64,000 nucleotides of DNA from Candidatus Marinacidobacterales bacterium (GCA_965224085.1 CBDCYI010000011.1:640001-704000); one strand, 5' to 3'. Shown: positions 10,052 to 21,214, counted from the stretch's first letter. A program made the numbers and translations. The notes: a model not told the origin generated them from the sequence alone.

Positions 10052-10777
10052 ATGCGATACACAATCTTTTTAATCACCATTGCTGCCCTGGTGTGCTGCC
10101 AACTGGCCGAAGAAGCCGGCGAGCCCGCGGCTACCGAAGAGATGCCAGCGGACTCCCCTTCAGCAACGGAGCCGATGGACGCGACCGCGGTGGCGCCGGA
10201 TCACTACAAAGTCGAGTTCGAAAACGATCATGTGCGGGTGCTGCGAATCACCTACGCGGCCGGCGACGAGACGCCCCTGCACTCGCATCCAGATGGAGTC
10301 GTGGTCTTTCTGCAAGACGCCGACGCCGAGATGACGCTCCCGGACGGCACAACGCAGGCACGACCGGGAAAAGCCGGTGATGTTCTCTGGGCCGGCCAGG
10401 AGACGCACGGTGTCAAAGCTATCTCGGACATCGCGGTCGTCTTGGTAGAGCTCAAGGATGGCGGGGGCGACGTCGGCATGGCCGATCCCGACGCGGCCGA
10501 GGTGGCGCCGGATCACTACAAAGTCGAGCTCGACAACGATCATGTGCGGGTGCTGCGAATCACCTACGCGGCCGGCGACGAATCGGCCATGCACGCGCAT
10601 CCGGACGGAGTCGTGGTCGTCCTCCAAGATGGCAACGGCGAGATGACGTTAGCTGACGGTACGAAGCAAGAACGGCCAGGACAGGCGGGTGACGTTCGCT
10701 GGGCCGGCCACGAATCGCACGGCGTCAAAGCTCTCACCGATGTCGCAGTCGTCCTGGTAGAGCTCAAGGGCAGCTAA
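10052..10777 (+). CDS. Exported tandem-cupin protein (internal duplication)
   Basis: AGGAGG RBS, signal-like N-terminus ending in LVCC, and two near-identical VAPDHYKVE.ND.VRVLRITY...H.HPD modules. Confidence 0.8.
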   Translation: MRYTIFLITIAALVCCQLAEEAGEPAATEEMPADSPSATEPMDATAVAPDHYKVEFENDHVRVLRITYAAGDETPLHSHPDGVVVFLQDADAEMTLPDGTTQARPGKAGDVLWAGQETHGVKAISDIAVVLVELKDGGGDVGMADPDAAEVAPDHYKVELDNDHVRVLRITYAAGDESAMHAHPDGVVVVLQDGNGEMTLADGTKQERPGQAGDVRWAGHESHGVKALTDVAVVLVELKGS

Positions 10778-10790
10778 TCCCGGCCTCGCG

Positions 10791-10880
10791 TCAGCTCCCG
10801 GTCACGGCTTGCAGCACCCGCAGGAAGTTCTCGCCGAGAATTTTATCGATGTCGGCTTCGCTGTGGCCCCGCCCGATCAG
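10791..10880 (-). pseudogene. C-terminal scrap of a membrane dipeptidase (M19)
   Basis: LIGRGHSEADIDKILGENFLRVL. Confidence 0.6.
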
Positions 10881-11086
10881 GACTTCCGGACCCGAGTGGT
10901 GGTCCGGCTGAGTTGGCCGGTAGCCACGGCGATCCAGAAAATGATTGGCAGGAGAAGCGGGAGGGTGAAAGAGGTGATCGTCCACGGAAAACGCCACATT
11001 GGGATGTAGAAAAACCCAACTCCGACGAAGAAGTGCGTCACGCCGATCCCGATGCGAACCCACGCTCGCTCGCTGCCGCTGCTTCA

Positions 11087-12064
11087 TTACGCCGCCCCGG
11101 TGTTCCGCGCCATCGACGCGGCGCCCTCTCGCCACCGGTCCACGAGGTCCGTGACCGCGTTCGGCCAAGTCGGAAATTCGAACGGGAACCCCTCGTCGCG
11201 CAGACGCGAAGGAATCACGCGCCGACTCTTGAGGATCAGCTCGCTATCCGTCCGAAGGAAAAATGCACCGAGCTCGACCATCCACTTCGTCGCCGGCAAC
11301 CCGACGGGAGCGCCCCACGCGCGGCGCATCGCTGCCATGAAGTCGCGTTGCGGAAGCGGGTTCGGCGACGCGAGATTGACGGCACCATCGAGCTCCGTCT
11401 TCTCGAGGAGGAACTCGACAGCGCGCACGAAATCGTCGCCGTGGATCCATGAAACGAATTGGCCTCCGCCGGCAATCGCGCCACCGAGACCTAAACGCGT
11501 CAGCCGCGACAGGACATCGAAGATGCCACCGTGAACGGCGCTCATCACCATCGCCGTCCGGAGGGCGACCTTCCGAGTCTCAGGCGTCGCGGCATAGCGT
11601 TGCGCGCGCTCCCATGCGCGAGCGATGTCGACGCTGAACCTCCAATAGTCCGGCGCGTCCGGCTCATCGCCGCCGAGGAGCCCGCTCGCCTCATCATTGG
11701 CCGCGTCGAAGCGGTGCCCGTATATCGTGGCCGTGCTCATCTGGAGCCAGACGCGTGGAGGCCGGCTGGCTCTTTCGATCGCCTCGCCCACAGCCCGCGT
11801 CGAATCCACACGTGACGCCATCATCTGCAGCAAGTTGGTCTTGTTGTATCGACAGTCGACGCTTCGCCCGGCGAGGTTGATGACGGCATCGGCGCCGTCG
11901 ATCTCGCCTGCCCATTCGCCGACGGTGCGACCGTCCCACCCCACCACGCCGGCAGAAGCGTTCGCAACGCGACTGAGCACCACGACCCCATGACCCCGAT
12001 CGCGTAAGGCTGGGACCAATATCCTACCAATATGTCCTGTGCCCCCTGGTATGACCACTTTCAC
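11087..12064 (-). CDS. TIGR01777-family NAD-dependent epimerase/oxidoreductase (DUF1731)
   Basis: GGTGHIG Rossmann motif, VINLAG, SWIH.DD and SRRVIPSRL...GF.F.F. Confidence 0.9.
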   Translation of the reverse strand: MKVVIPGGTGHIGRILVPALRDRGHGVVVLSRVANASAGVVGWDGRTVGEWAGEIDGADAVINLAGRSVDCRYNKTNLLQMMASRVDSTRAVGEAIERASRPPRVWLQMSTATIYGHRFDAANDEASGLLGGDEPDAPDYWRFSVDIARAWERAQRYAATPETRKVALRTAMVMSAVHGGIFDVLSRLTRLGLGGAIAGGGQFVSWIHGDDFVRAVEFLLEKTELDGAVNLASPNPLPQRDFMAAMRRAWGAPVGLPATKWMVELGAFFLRTDSELILKSRRVIPSRLRDEGFPFEFPTWPNAVTDLVDRWREGAASMARNTGAA

Positions 12065-12118
12065 GGTTCGACCTCCATCGGTCTTGTTTGGCGGGGGTTA
12101 GCCTGGTATAAATAAGTA

Positions 12119-12130
12119 TAAACATGTTTA
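12119..12130. promoter_or_regulatory. Perfect palindrome TAAACATGTTTA over the TetR start codon; probable operator
   Basis: 12-bp palindrome in the AT-rich region between the divergent epimerase and TetR genes. Confidence 0.5.
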
Positions 12131-12849
12131 CTAAAAAAAGTAAAGTGGCTCCTGAGCCTCGGAAGCGCGGTAGGCCGCGGGGCCGTTCCGCCCAGGGTGA
12201 CCAGAGCCGGCGCCGCCTCTACCTCACGGCGATGAAAATGTTTTCGCAGCGGGGCTACGAGGCGACCACCCTTCGGGAAATCGCTCGCGTGGCCAGCGTC
12301 AGCCCTGGGCTTCTATACCGCTACTTCCCAAGCAAACGCGCCGTGGTCTTGGAGCTCTACGAGACGCTGTCGGCCGAGTATGCGGGACGGGCTCTCGAGA
12401 TGCCCGAGGGCAAGTGGCGCGACAGGTTTCGTTTCGCGCTCGACACGAGCCTCGAGGTGCTCGGCCCGCATCGAACGACGCTCGTGGCTCTCGTCCCCGT
12501 CCTCGTCGGAGACCTCGATGACGGCGTGTTCTCCGACAAAATGACTTTCTCCCGCCAACGCGTACAACGGGCTTTCACGGATGCCGTAGGCGCCGCGAAC
12601 GACGCCCCGTCAGCGGATATCGCGGCAGCGCTCGGTGGACTGCTCTACCTGATTCATCTCGCCATCATCCTCTGGTGGTTGCTCGACAAGAGTCCTGGGC
12701 AGCGCGCCACGGCCGGGCTCATCCGATTGGTCGGTCAAACTCTACCTCTCGCCGCAATGACGCTGAGGCTCCCGTCGGCGCGCTCGTGGGTGCTATCCGC
12801 GGAGGCGTTGGCGAGCGACGCGCTGCTCCACGAGGGACGCGACCTATAG
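12124..12849 (+). CDS. TetR/AcrR-family transcriptional regulator
   Basis: GYEATTLREIARVASVSPGLLYRYFPSK HTH. Confidence 0.95.
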   Translation: MFTKKSKVAPEPRKRGRPRGRSAQGDQSRRRLYLTAMKMFSQRGYEATTLREIARVASVSPGLLYRYFPSKRAVVLELYETLSAEYAGRALEMPEGKWRDRFRFALDTSLEVLGPHRTTLVALVPVLVGDLDDGVFSDKMTFSRQRVQRAFTDAVGAANDAPSADIAAALGGLLYLIHLAIILWWLLDKSPGQRATAGLIRLVGQTLPLAAMTLRLPSARSWVLSAEALASDALLHEGRDL

Positions 12850-12897
12850 AAAACACGGGTTGTGCCACGAGCTCCCATCCGCAATACGCTTCGTGGA

Positions 12898-13006
12898 GGT
12901 ACTGTCGAGTTGAGGGAGTCAAGCCCGATTCGACCCCAAGATACCGACGACGGCGCGTTTTCGAGTCCCACGATATTGTGGCGCGATTCGCGAACTCGAC
13001 AGTACC
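12898..13006. repeat. 109-bp MITE-like element, copy 1
   Basis: Perfect 14-bp terminal inverted repeats GGTACTGTCGAGTT/AACTCGACAGTACC; diverged second copy at 43484. Confidence 0.75.
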
Positions 13007-13111
13007 GCTGAACCGGCTCGTCCGGCCCGTTAACGAACTAGCTTTCCGTCTCACAGAATTTGAACGGTACATCCCTTGACGCGTATATGCGGTTATTGGT
13101 ATATACAAGTC

Positions 13112-13462
13112 ATGGAAACCGTTTTCAACGTGCTCGCCGAGCCCAACCGCCGGGAGATTCTGCGATTGCTCGTCGAGCGTGACCACTCCGTCGGCGAGCT
13201 CGAATCACAGCTCGATCGTCCCCAACCGACGATCTCCAAACACCTCCGCGTTCTGCGCGACGCGGGGCTCGTCGAATCGCGCACCGAAGCACAAAAACGC
13301 GTCTATCGACTTCGACCCGAGCCGCTTCAAGAGCTGAACGAATGGCTCGAGCCGTTCCGTCGCTTTTGGGCGGAGCATTTGGACGCGCTCGAGCGCCACC
13401 TCGATCGCATGCCGGATGTGCCCCAGAAGACTCAGAGGAAAAAGAAAGGACGCAAGCGATGA
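13112..13462 (+). CDS. ArsR/SmtB-family regulator, probably leaderless
   Basis: FNVLAEPNRREIL...SQ-like QPTISKHLRVLRDAGLV. TTGACG at 13076 and a TATATA-like -10 end a few nt before the ATG. Confidence 0.92.
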   Translation: METVFNVLAEPNRREILRLLVERDHSVGELESQLDRPQPTISKHLRVLRDAGLVESRTEAQKRVYRLRPEPLQELNEWLEPFRRFWAEHLDALERHLDRMPDVPQKTQRKKKGRKR

Positions 13463-13535
13463 AGCCCAAATACCAACCGGGCGGTGCGGGCGACGCCGAG
13501 GTGCGAACGGATGGCGGTCGATCGACGTTGGTCGC
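13459..13535 (+). pseudogene. N-terminal remnant of the gene coupled to ArsR (SRPBCC-like by context)
   Basis: ATGA overlap; MKPKYQPGGAGDAEVRTDGGRSTLV, then an abrupt AT-rich junction. Confidence 0.45.
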
Positions 13536-13578
13536 TTCTAAGGATAGACATTTAATTAAAAGGATAGTCGGTAGATAC

Positions 13579-15280
13579 CTATAGGTACGCGGCTCGGCTG
13601 CCAGCGCCTCTTCTCTTTCCGTCCCGATCCACCCAGACGAGCGTGCGGCTCTCTAGGCCGCGGCCCGAGACATAGACCAGAGACCCGGTGTCCGAGACGC
13701 TGAACTGTGCGGCCCCCGTTGTCGAACCAGCGGTCATGGCGCCCTCGGCCATGGGTCTGGGACCGCCCGTCACCTCGAGCGTGTCCACATCAAACGGCAC
13801 CGCCAAAAGCGTTCGACCCAAGTCACGAGCGTCGCCCCTCGATACAACGTAGACGAGGTGCCCCGTGGGAACGTAGCGGGCGTCTCTACCGCCTTCGATC
13901 AGAACCTTTCTCTCGTCGGTCTCGAGAGAATGCACCACGATCTGCGCGTCCTCCCAGTTCGCACCGTCCCCGAGCGTAAAGAGCAGGGTTTTTTCGCCCG
14001 GCAAGACCTGGGGGCCATGGCCAACCTTTTCGGTTCCCTCCAGCGGGATGAGAACCTCGGGCGTGCCTCCATCGGCGGACACGTGCATGATGCCCTCCGG
14101 TTGTCCGAAAACAATGGTGTCATCGGCTTCCCACCGAGCGCCCCACAAAGCTGTAGCTTCACATAGACGCACGGGTGCACCACCACGGATGGCGACCTTC
14201 TTGAGTTGGCCGTTTGTATAGAATCCTACCCACTCCCCGTCGGGAGAGAAAAAGGGACTTCGGGCACCGCCATCAGTGCCCCGGACGGGAGTCGCCTCCG
14301 TTTGGTCCATGGCGCGGAGGTAGAGCTGATTGTTCGCACTATAAACGAAGCGGGTACCGTCCGAAGAGAGAGCCACGACGTGACGATCCGTATATGACAG
14401 TGAGTCGCCCGAGGGCAACGGAAGCGAAGACCGTACGACGGGTCGTGGCGGTGGCTCGCGATACATTACGCTCCAAACCTGTTTCGGATATTTTTCCAAG
14501 CAGCGGGTGAGAAACATGCGAAGCGTGGGATCGAGATCCGCCGGTAACGCATCCCAGTCCGGCTCCTTCGTCAACACGTACGCGAGTGTGTCGGATACAT
14601 CCTCGCCCGCAAACGCACGCTTGCCCGTGAGCATCTTATACAGCACGACACCGAACGCCCAAACATCCGCCCTCTTATCGACCCGCTTGCCCTTTGCTTG
14701 TTCGGGGCTCATATACGCGGCGGTCCCAAGAATCACTCCAACTCGAGTCGCATCTCGTGTGAGTGTGGGTGACGTCGAGCTGTCGGCGTCAGCTGTTCCC
14801 TCCTGAAAGACTTTCGCCAAACCGTAGTCCAAAACCTTGATCTTGCGGTCCTCGGTCTGCTTTACGTTCGCGGGTTTTAGATCACGGTGAACGATCCCTC
14901 GTTCGTGCGCTTCCTCTAGCGCTTCGGCGATCTTGGTTGCGATGTCGAGAGCCTCTTCCAATGGGATGGGTCCTCGTAAGATCCGCTCCGCCAGAGTCTC
15001 TCCAGGAACGAGTTCGAGGACGAGGTAGTGCGTGTCGTCCGAGTGCTCTAGGCCGTAGATCGAGGCGATGTTCGGGTGGTTCAGCGAGGCAAGGATCTTC
15101 GCTTCTCGCTTGAATCGGGCTAGGCGTTGTTCGTTCTCGGCGAACTCGTCAGGCAAGACCTTGATCGCCACATCCCTACCAAGCTTCCCATCTCTTGCGC
15201 GATAGACCTCACCCTGTACGCTTGCCGATGGGCTCGAGGATCTCGTAATGGGCGAGGCGCGTTCCGGCGGCGAGTGATAT
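13579..15280 (-). pseudogene. Ser/Thr protein kinase with TolB-like propeller, degraded
   Basis: VAIKVL, HRDLKPAN, DYG and YMSPEQ motifs. The start codon reads ATA (SLAAGTRLAHYEILEPIG follows), the Gly loop is frameshifted, the linker/TM appears deleted and the 3' end is truncated. Confidence 0.85.
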
Positions 15281-15643
15281 CGAGAGAACGTAGCGGTTCG
15301 ACGGGGAAGTTGCAAGCCGTCACTGCTCCTTCGTAGCTCTGGGCGTAAAAAACCCTGCTGACCCTGAACTGACCCCGTGCTGGTGGCGCGCAGGGTCACA
15401 CCTGGCACTTAGACGCGCTGATAAACGCCGCAAGTTGTCGATTCTGTGACAAGAGTGATCCTGTGTGACACTATTTCCCAACCGCGTGACGACTGAATAT
15501 CTTCGCACATTTCTCGGACAGGGGGTGCGAAAAGTAGCTCTAGACGCGGCGATTCCTTCGCACACAGCTTTGCGAGGCCGGTGGTCCGCGAGTTGCGTCG
15601 CCCTAATCATCCGGGCGAGGTGGTAAACGTGGGCCGCTCTTTT

Positions 15644-16273
15644 CTACGGCGAGCGCATGCGCCGGATGCGTTCACAGCGACACCGGCGCTGAGCGAAGCC
15701 CAACAGCATGATCGCGCTCAATGAGAGCGTCGATGGCTCTGGCATCGTGGCGACGGGCGCGCGGCTTCCTTCGAGCCGAAACGCGGCGTCCTGGTCGGCG
15801 AACTGAAAGAACGTACCGTTTTGTCCGGACGCGTTGTCCGAATAGAGAATTCCGTCGGCGTAGCTGCCATTCAGCTCCCCGGCAAGCAGCCCCGCCTGAC
15901 TCGCGTAGGCGAAGTACTGCGTGTTCGGGTTCAAGATCACAAGCGGGTCGAACACATACTGGCCGGCGGCGATCCCCGTTGAATGACCTACGAACCCGAG
16001 GGTCGCAGCGCTCAGAGCAGCCGGCGTGCCAAGATATTCCTGATCCAAAAGCGTGAGCGTTCCAAACGCTGTTGGCATCGTAGTCGCGATATCGGAAAAC
16101 CAGTTGAACCTCAATTGGTTCCACCCCTACGGGCCCGGGGTCAGGAACGACTGCCCGGGAATGAACAGATTCTGCTGAAACACGGCCGATGGATGTTCGA
16201 CGATCACGACCGCGACGCTGTCTCTCGCGCCCAGCGCGCACGCGCCAATCACGACGAACTGAGCTATCTTCAT
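15644..16273 (-). pseudogene. PEP-CTERM sorting-domain protein with an in-frame TAG at codon 49
   Basis: Signal-like MKIAQFVVIGACALGA; PGQSFLTPGP*GWNQLRFNWF; C-terminal MPEPSTLSL..IMLLGFAQRR. Confidence 0.7.
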
Positions 16274-16589
16274 CGAAGAACGCATCGATCGTCCCCCTTC
16301 CCCGCGAGCAAGAAATCAAGCAAATACTATGCCGGTGACATAAGCTATTGGTTCAAAAAGAGTTCGTTCCTAACACCAATCGGTGCGACGACGCCAATGT
16401 GTAAGTTTTTCCGACACCGCGCGCGGTCGATCTCCGGCGTAAACTCTTGTCCTAGAGGCGTTACGTCGACCCAATCCACGCGGCACCTGTGTTGGCAGAG
16501 CTTACAACTTCGAAACCGCCCGCTCTTCTTGCTCCTCACTGGGAGGACCGCTTCGAAAAAGCTTTATGGGTATTGGCGCGGGTTCGTCG

Positions 16590-17092
16590 ACAACGTGGTA
16601 CTACGCTACCTTGACTGCGGGGTTCCAGAGGGAGGGGACCGGTGAAGCACGGCCGTTTCGCGATTCTGCCGCTACCGAGGGTGGGGCTCAGTTCTCACCA
16701 GATGGCCGCCTCCTGAGTTACGTGTCGGATGCGTCCGGCCAACGCGAGGTCTACGTCGCCGCCTACCCCGGACCCGGTGCGCTGTGGCAAGTCTCCACCG
16801 ATGGTGGAACGCAACCGGTCTGGAATCCTCGAGGCGGCGAGCTCTTCTACCGCGTGGACTTCCGGATGATGAGCGTGAAGGTCGGTGACTCTCCGGAGAC
16901 GACTCGAGGCCCGAGGTCGTGTTCGAGGGGGACTATTCGTACGGAGGAGCGCGCACGTTGCCCAGCTACGACGTTGCGGCCGACGGAGAACGATTCCTCA
17001 TGGTCAAGGACCTGTCCGCGAGTCGCGGGAACGTCCGTGTGGTGATCAACTGGTTTGAGGAGCTAAGGCGTCTCGTTCCAGCCGACCATTGA
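16590..17092 (+). pseudogene. C-terminal TolB-like fragment of another Ser/Thr kinase
   Basis: FSPDGRLLSYVSD.SGQREVYV, VSTDGGTQPVW; after a frameshift YDVAADGERFLMVK...VVINWFEELRRLVP. Confidence 0.8.
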
Positions 17093-17307
17093 GAGAATGT
17101 TTGTCGGTGGTGGTCAGAAAGGGAGCCAAAGTGGCGGGCCACGGGGACCGGTCCTGGCGCTGGTTAACGGCGGAAAAAAGGGAACCAGCTGCGACAGTGT
17201 CGCGACGTGAGCTAAAGTAGCGGGGCGTCCGCTAGCATAGAGACGCCTCGGAGAGGAACAAGCATTTCCTCTCCGAGACTTGAGCGTTCGGGAGTAAACC
17301 CACTCCC

Positions 17308-17798
17308 TTGGCCCCGCGACAAGATCCCCCAGCCCCAGCCAAAGATCAACCGCGTAGATCTGCGCAGAGCGGTCGAAGTCCGCGCAAGAGAAAGTGTTTG
17401 CTGAAGGGATGCGAGAAGTGGTTCCGCCCGGAGGAGGCGATGGAGCGGTATTGCGGTGAGAGCTGTCGGGAAGCGGCCCGGGCTTGGTCAGTGTTGAAGG
17501 CGCAGCACCGATATCGAAAAACGCAGAAGGGCAAAGAGAAACGTCGCGAGCAAAATCGTCGGCACCGACGACGTCGACAAGAACGACAAGAGGCGCGAAG
17601 TTCGGTTTCGGACGGCGTCGCGAGGGTGATCACCAGAGATTGTGGAGATTTTTTTTGTGTTGGTGTGATCGGCCCGGCTGCTATGAGTGGTTTTGCCGCA
17701 CGCGGCGGTCGCCGCTGCAGCGATTCTGCGCTAGAAGCTGCCGTCGAGCCGTGGAGAGAGTGCAAGAGCGTGAGAAGAAGTGGAAAAAGAGAAAGTAG
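17308..17798 (+). CDS. Basic double zinc-finger protein split by a -1 frameshift at a T8 run (start uncertain)
   Basis: Frame 0 has CLLKGCEKWF..ERYCGESC; the -1 frame has CDRPGCYEWF..QRFCARSC. The frames meet at T8, 17649-17656. Confidence 0.6.
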
Positions 17799-17967
17799 GC
17801 GAGAGAGTGAGTCGCGAAACTTGAAGCGAAGTTCGTCTGGACATATTGCCGAGAGCGAGAAGGGATCCTAAGGTGAGTTTGCCCGAGCAAGAAGAAGAGG
17901 GGATGCAGAGCACTTTGAGCTGTGCGTCCTCTCTTTTTCGATGGGGTTGTTTCTCGGAGCTAAGAAA

Positions 17968-18879
17968 ATGCTTTGCTGGTCGGAGGAAGTTCGCCTCGTT
18001 CCACTGGAAGATATCGGGGGTCACTACGCTCGATACCGTCTGTACTCGCCGGATGCCGAGCGAGCGATGTCGCGCTCGCTTCAGCGCTACGGGCAGCTAT
18101 CTCCTGTGGTGGTATGCGAGCGCTCGGGAAGACACGAGCTCATTGATGGATTCAAACGATTGGGAGCTGCACGCCAACTGGAAAGATTCGACAGACTCGA
18201 AGCTCGACTTCTGGAGGTGGACGAGCGAGGAGCGAAGGCGGCGATCTACGGGCTCAATCACGTTGGCGGTCGTACTCGAGAGCTCGAGGAGGCGTGGATC
18301 GTCCACGCCCTGGTGCGCGAAGACGGACTCACTCAGGTCGAAGTAGCCGAGCTATTGGGACGGCACAAAAGCTGGGTATGCCGTCGTCTGGCGCTCATCG
18401 AGAAACTCTGTGCCGAGGCTCGTGAGGAGCTTCGGGTCGGCTTATTGTCCGCCACCGCGGCGCGGCACTTGGTCCGGTTGCCCGAAGGCAACCAACCCCG
18501 GGTTTTGGAACTCATCCGCCGCGAAGCGCTTTCCACCGAGGAGCTCAGCCGGGTGGTGGACTTGTTGCTTCGCTCGGCCAATGCGACTGAGCAGCAATAC
18601 GTTCTTCACCAACCGCGCGAAGCGCTTTGTCAGTCAGACGGCGTTGAGCTTCCTCATCGGGACCCGAGGCTGAGCGTAGCCGGCAATCTGGTTTTCAAGC
18701 GCCTGGGCGCGCTGCTTGCCATGCTCTCGCGTATGGAGCAGTGGCTCCAGCATCAGGGTCGAAGCGGACTCACCGAGCAAGACCAAGCCTTTTTGTTTCC
18801 TCATTTCGCGAAACTCTCGCAAAGGGCTCAGCTGGTAGCAGGTCTAGCTCAGGATCTTGCCTCGGAGATGGGGCCATGA
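17968..18879 (+). CDS. ParB/RepB/Spo0J-like protein (ParB N-domain plus HTH)
   Basis: SLQRYGQLSPVVV, ELIDGFKR (GxxR) and HTH LTQVEVAELLGRHKSWVCRRLAL; ATGA overlap with istA. Confidence 0.9.
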   Translation: MLCWSEEVRLVPLEDIGGHYARYRLYSPDAERAMSRSLQRYGQLSPVVVCERSGRHELIDGFKRLGAARQLERFDRLEARLLEVDERGAKAAIYGLNHVGGRTRELEEAWIVHALVREDGLTQVEVAELLGRHKSWVCRRLALIEKLCAEAREELRVGLLSATAARHLVRLPEGNQPRVLELIRREALSTEELSRVVDLLLRSANATEQQYVLHQPREALCQSDGVELPHRDPRLSVAGNLVFKRLGALLAMLSRMEQWLQHQGRSGLTEQDQAFLFPHFAKLSQRAQLVAGLAQDLASEMGP

Positions 18880-20397
18880 ACGAGCGAACGCAAAACGAAG
18901 TCATCCGTTTGTTCTACACCAGAACCTCCCAGAGGCGGATCGCCAAGCTAGTCGGCATTAGTCGCAAGAGCGTCGCCAAGATTGTCGAAGCCCACCAGAA
19001 TCAAAGAGCGGGAATATCGGAACCCGCAAAATCAAAACGTCTCAGCTTGCTCGACTCCTTCGACGAAAAGCTCACCGAGCTTATCGAGCGCTATCCTGAT
19101 ATCACCGCCGTGAGACTACACGAGGAGCTGCGGCTTTCGGGCTTCACTGGCGGATACACCATCGTCAAAGAAAGACTCCGGCAGTTGCGCCCGAAGTCTC
19201 TCAAGCCCTTCGTCGAGCGTTTCGAAACCGGCCCGGGACTCCAGGCCCAGATGGACTACTCCATGTACCGCATCGACTTCACCGCCGAGGGGGCCCCGTA
19301 AGGTCTACGCATTCGGTTTGATCCTTGCCTTCTCTCGCCGTCAGTTCCTGCGCTTCGTGCAAAGCCAAGACCTACCCACCACCCTCAGAGAGCACCAGCG
19401 TGCCTTTGACTACTTTCAGGGAGTGCCCGCCACCTGCCTATACGACAACATGAAGGTGGTAGTGAGCGGTTTCGATGGCTCCCAACCCGTGTTCAATACC
19501 CGCTTTCTGGCCTTCGCTACCCACTACGGTTTTCAGCCACTTTTGTGTCGCCCCGCTCGGCCTCAAACCAAAGGCAAGGTCGAGAGACCCTTTCACTTCA
19601 TCGATAAAAATATCCTCAATGCACGTCGCTTCTCAGACTTGAACCATCTCAATGACGTCGCCGAACAATGGCTTGCCGAGGTCAGCGACAAGAGAGTTCA
19701 CCGTACCACCGGACAACCCCCCATCGACCGGTTTCAACAAGAACGCTCTCACCTGTTGGCTCTTCCCCACAAACCCTTCGATACCGCTGAAGTCCTCTAC
19801 CGCACCGTGGACGCCGAGGGATACGTCGCCTACCTGCAGAACTTCTACTCTGTTCCCTGGCAACGCACCGGCGAGTTTGTTCCGGTGCGAATCACCGACA
19901 ACGAGCTCGTCGTCTACGCTCCCAATATCAAGGAGATCGCGCGCCACAAACTCTTCGCTCGGTCGGTCTCGGACGAAAAAGCCACAGAGCAAAGCCATCG
20001 ATCCCCGCACTCGCTCAAGCAGCGCATCGAAGTACTCCGAAAACGCTTTGCCGAGTTCGGTGCCCTCGGAGAACGCTTTTTCGACGAACTGCTCCGCAAT
20101 CGGCGATTCGGCAAAGATGAAGCTCTCCGAATCCTCGCCCTTCACGCCTTTTATCGCTTCGACGACCTCAAGACTGCACTGGAGAGGGCCACTCGATACC
20201 GTGCCTTTTCCCGTTCTGCCATCGAGCGCATCCTCGCGGCTCAGGCTCAGCCCAAAACCACTTTCGAGTCTTTGAGTGAAACTGCACGACAAAGCCTCGA
20301 CGAGCTTCTGCGAAAACCCGCCGTGTCACCGCGGCCCGCATCCGAGTACCAACAACTGCTTGACGGATCTAAAACCGATGACGACGAACCACAATAA
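18876..20397 (+). CDS. istA: IS21 transposase IstA with a 1-nt frameshift in a G5 run near 19290
   Basis: GFTGGYTIVK, RFET.PGLQAQMD, LYDNMK and PQTKGKVER motifs. Removing one G gives EGPRKVYAFGLIL in frame. Confidence 0.9.
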
Positions 20398-21214
20398 ATC
20401 CAAGAGCCCCGATGAGCTCCGCGAGCGTTGTCTTGCTCACTTTGCCACCTTGAACATCCCCTTGCGCTCAGCTCAGCTCGACCAAGCCCTCGAAAAAGCT
20501 GACCACGATGCACTCTCTCACCTTGCTTTTCTCGAAAATCTCATCGGACACCAGGTCGACCAACGCCGTGAACGCTCCACCGAGCGACGCATTCGCCAAG
20601 TCAGATTCCAAGAACGAAAAACTCTCGAGACTTTCGACTGGAAGTTCAATCCAAAGGCTTTCGACAAATTACAGATCGAACAGCTCGCCTCCGCCGATTT
20701 CATTCGCCGACGCGCTAACTTGATTTTCGTCGGTCAATCCGGGGTGGGTAAATCTCACATCATGCAGGCCATCGGCATCAGGGCTTGCGCCCTGGGCTTT
20801 CGTCCCCTTGACCGAACCTCCGCCGATCTCATCGCCGATCTTACCGCCTCGCTCGCCGACAAAACTCTTCCTCAAAAACTCCGCCGATATAAAAGCCCCG
20901 ACCTGCTCATCATCGACGAGTTCGGCTTCGACAGAATCGAACGCTCCGAATGCCCCGAAGCCGCACATCTCCTCTACAAGATCATCGCTGCCCGACATCA
21001 GTACCGTTCCACCGCCCTCGTTACCAACGTCGACTTCGAAAAGTGGGCCGACTATCTCGCCGACGGACCCCTCGCCATGGCCTTTCTCGACATACTCGTT
21101 GAGGGCGCCATCATCCTCAAAATCAACGGCAAGTCCTTCCGCGCTCGGAGATCTCATACCGCCCACGCTAAAGACACTTCTTCTGACTCTCCTCGTTCCA
21201 CCACGCAACCGTAA
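20378..21214 (+). CDS. istB: IS21 helper AAA+ ATPase IstB
   Basis: KTLETFDW, Walker A GQSGVGKS, Walker B LLIIDEFG and GKSFR. Confidence 0.95.
   Translation: MTTNHNKSKSPDELRERCLAHFATLNIPLRSAQLDQALEKADHDALSHLAFLENLIGHQVDQRRERSTERRIRQVRFQERKTLETFDWKFNPKAFDKLQIEQLASADFIRRRANLIFVGQSGVGKSHIMQAIGIRACALGFRPLDRTSADLIADLTASLADKTLPQKLRRYKSPDLLIIDEFGFDRIERSECPEAAHLLYKIIAARHQYRSTALVTNVDFEKWADYLADGPLAMAFLDILVEGAIILKINGKSFRARRSHTAHAKDTSSDSPRSTTQP

Noticed and set aside
13097-13108. 12-mer TGGTATATACAA shared with 54906-54917 (reverse complement), as a common regulon
   Set aside because: It is a short AT-rich near-palindrome overlapping promoter elements at both sites, and the first is adequately explained as the ArsR promoter/operator.
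17968-18879. Plasmid or chromosome partition locus
   Set aside because: No parA or rep gene; the gene lies inside IS21 ends that have a target duplication.
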